Virus record (IMG/VR): IMGVR_UViG_3300028591_000112
Location: 1 to 31,933 of that record
Source of the DNA: a virus
Taxonomy: Duplodnaviria; Heunggongvirae; Uroviricota; Caudoviricetes
Reading direction: 5' to 3' (one strand)
Length of the DNA stretch: 31,933 nt
The notes below the pieces were generated by a model, which was not told the origin of the DNA, did no database searches, and was given only the letters and a program-made list of their open reading frames with translations. The position numbers and the translations under genes were made by a program. Of the stretch, positions 30,401 to 31,933 are shown one piece after another; position 1 is the first letter of the stretch; every line of letters begins with the position of its first letter.

Positions 30401-31933
30401 CATTTGATCCTGGAGTTTCTAGAGATGATGAAGGTAGTATTATTGGTGAATTTGAAAAATTAAATTGATTTCAGGAATATGAAGGAATGAATGGACTTTC
30501 AGGCTTTTCATATAACCAAAATACAATGGTTGATAAATATAAGCAATTAAAAAAGGTATATGATCAAATAGGAACAAATAATGATATTAGTGCAGATACT
30601 ATAAATAAATCTGAAATTTATGCTAATATTGGGAAATGATTAGATTTTGTAGGAGAAGATATTGAAGCATATGAAGCTGCAGCATTAGACGAAATAAATT
30701 TATTAATTCAAGAACAGATTTATAGTCAAAAATTTGAAACTATTGAAGATTTTGAAGCTTTTTATGAAAAAAATAAAGACGTTATTAAAAATAAAATAAA
30801 AGAAACTGGAATTGAAGTTGAAGGCGGAATTAAAAAGAAATATCAAGAAGCCTTAATTGCAAAAGATTCTTCATTTGAGGCTTTGTTTGCTGAACAAAAT
30901 GTTAATAGTATAGAAAATGAATCTGCTCGATTAAAAGCTCAAGCAGGTGTAGCTAAAACTCAAAGTTCTTATTTAAGTGAAGGTATTGCAACAACCTTAG
31001 CTGGACAAGATATAAAAGCTGGTTCTGAAATTGATAATCGTTTAAATGTAATTGAAAAAAAATATAAAGATTTTTTTGATAATTTAAAATTACAATATGG
31101 AGAAAATTATCGTAAAACAGAGGAATATTGAAAAGCGTTAATTGAATTAGAAGAACAATATGATAAAGAACGTATTAATAATTTAAAAGAGGCAAATGCA
31201 ATACAATCTAAAGAAACTTTAGAAAATATTAATAATCTTTCAGAAACAATTAAAACTTTAGATGAATATAATAAAGAATTTGAAAAAGTTTATAAACAAG
31301 CTGAAGAAACTGGAAATTGAAATTTAATAGATGATTTTGAAAGCTCTCATGGTAGTATTCAAAATTTAGATAAAGATATCCAATTATTAAAAGATGATTT
31401 AGTAGAACTAGTTTCAGGCCAATATGATATTAAATTAGCATTTGAGTCAGATATTCAATCAGATTTTGATAATATTACAACAATATTTGATCAAATGGAA
31501 ACTGCAGCAAAAATGATTGGTGATGATTTTAAAGTTGCCGCAGAAAATCTAGAAGAGTTAGATACTGCTTTCCCTGGAATTTTAGAGGGAATGACTTTAT
31601 TAGAAGATGGCTCTGCTCAACTTAATAAGAGTATTGTTGAAGATTCTATGGCTTCTGCTCAAGCAGAAATTCAAAATAATAAAGAAGTTGTTATAGCGAA
31701 ATTAGAAGCTCAAAGAGATGAGTTATTGGCAAGAGCGGATGCAGCTCAACAAATTGCCAATATTGCCGCAGAGCAGGCTAAAAGTGAAGGCTTATCAGAA
31801 GAACAATTAGCAACATTAAAAACTAATTTACAAATATTAGAACAAAGTAATGCAGAACAAACTGCTACAGATGAAGAAAATTATTCTAAAGATGTTGCGG
31901 ATACTGCCGCAATGAATGCATCTTCAATGGGTT
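27412..31933 (+). CDS. Tail tape measure protein, over 1500 aa, runs off the window (code 4)
   Basis: TP901-type core (LDKSLNDIRIVS, RQSADIVGTAFKTLFARI, AQTVAGVRQYN); all six plus-strand track fragments share one frame; 11 in-frame TGA. Confidence 0.92.

Noticed and set aside
10858..31933. Decayed prophage or pseudogenes explaining the fragmented ORFs
   Set aside because: Every break is an in-frame TGA, with no frameshifts or internal TAA/TAG seen; recoding explains all of them.
1..31933. Suppressor tRNA-Trp(UCA), release factor, integrase or reverse transcriptase
   Set aside because: No cloverleaf or recognisable motifs in this window; they may lie elsewhere in the genome.

Overview
This AT-rich window comes from a large tailed phage, probably a siphovirus of a Bacillota host (sigmaA-type promoters, GGAGG ribosome-binding sites). 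It uses TGA as Trp (code 4), so the fragmented ORFs in the supplied track join into full-length genes. There are three zones. (1) 1-6.6 kb, minus strand: an early/host-takeover-like array of small genes with 17 near-consensus sigmaA promoters and no in-frame TGA. It is punctuated about every 1.1 kb by a repeated GC hairpin plus TGTAAA direct-repeat element, and holds two copies of an apparently undescribed structured ncRNA with covarying stems and a terminator-loop pseudoknot. (2) 6.8-10.7 kb, minus strand: an operon of small, partly paralogous hypothetical genes, some with TGA-Trp. (3) 10.86 kb to the end, plus strand: the morphogenesis module (putative regulator, putative TerS, TerL, nuclease, portal, protease/scaffold, decoration, major capsid, neck genes, tail tube, chaperone, tape measure). 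GCGG/CCGC is strongly over-represented. All calls come from manual reading; no database searches were run.
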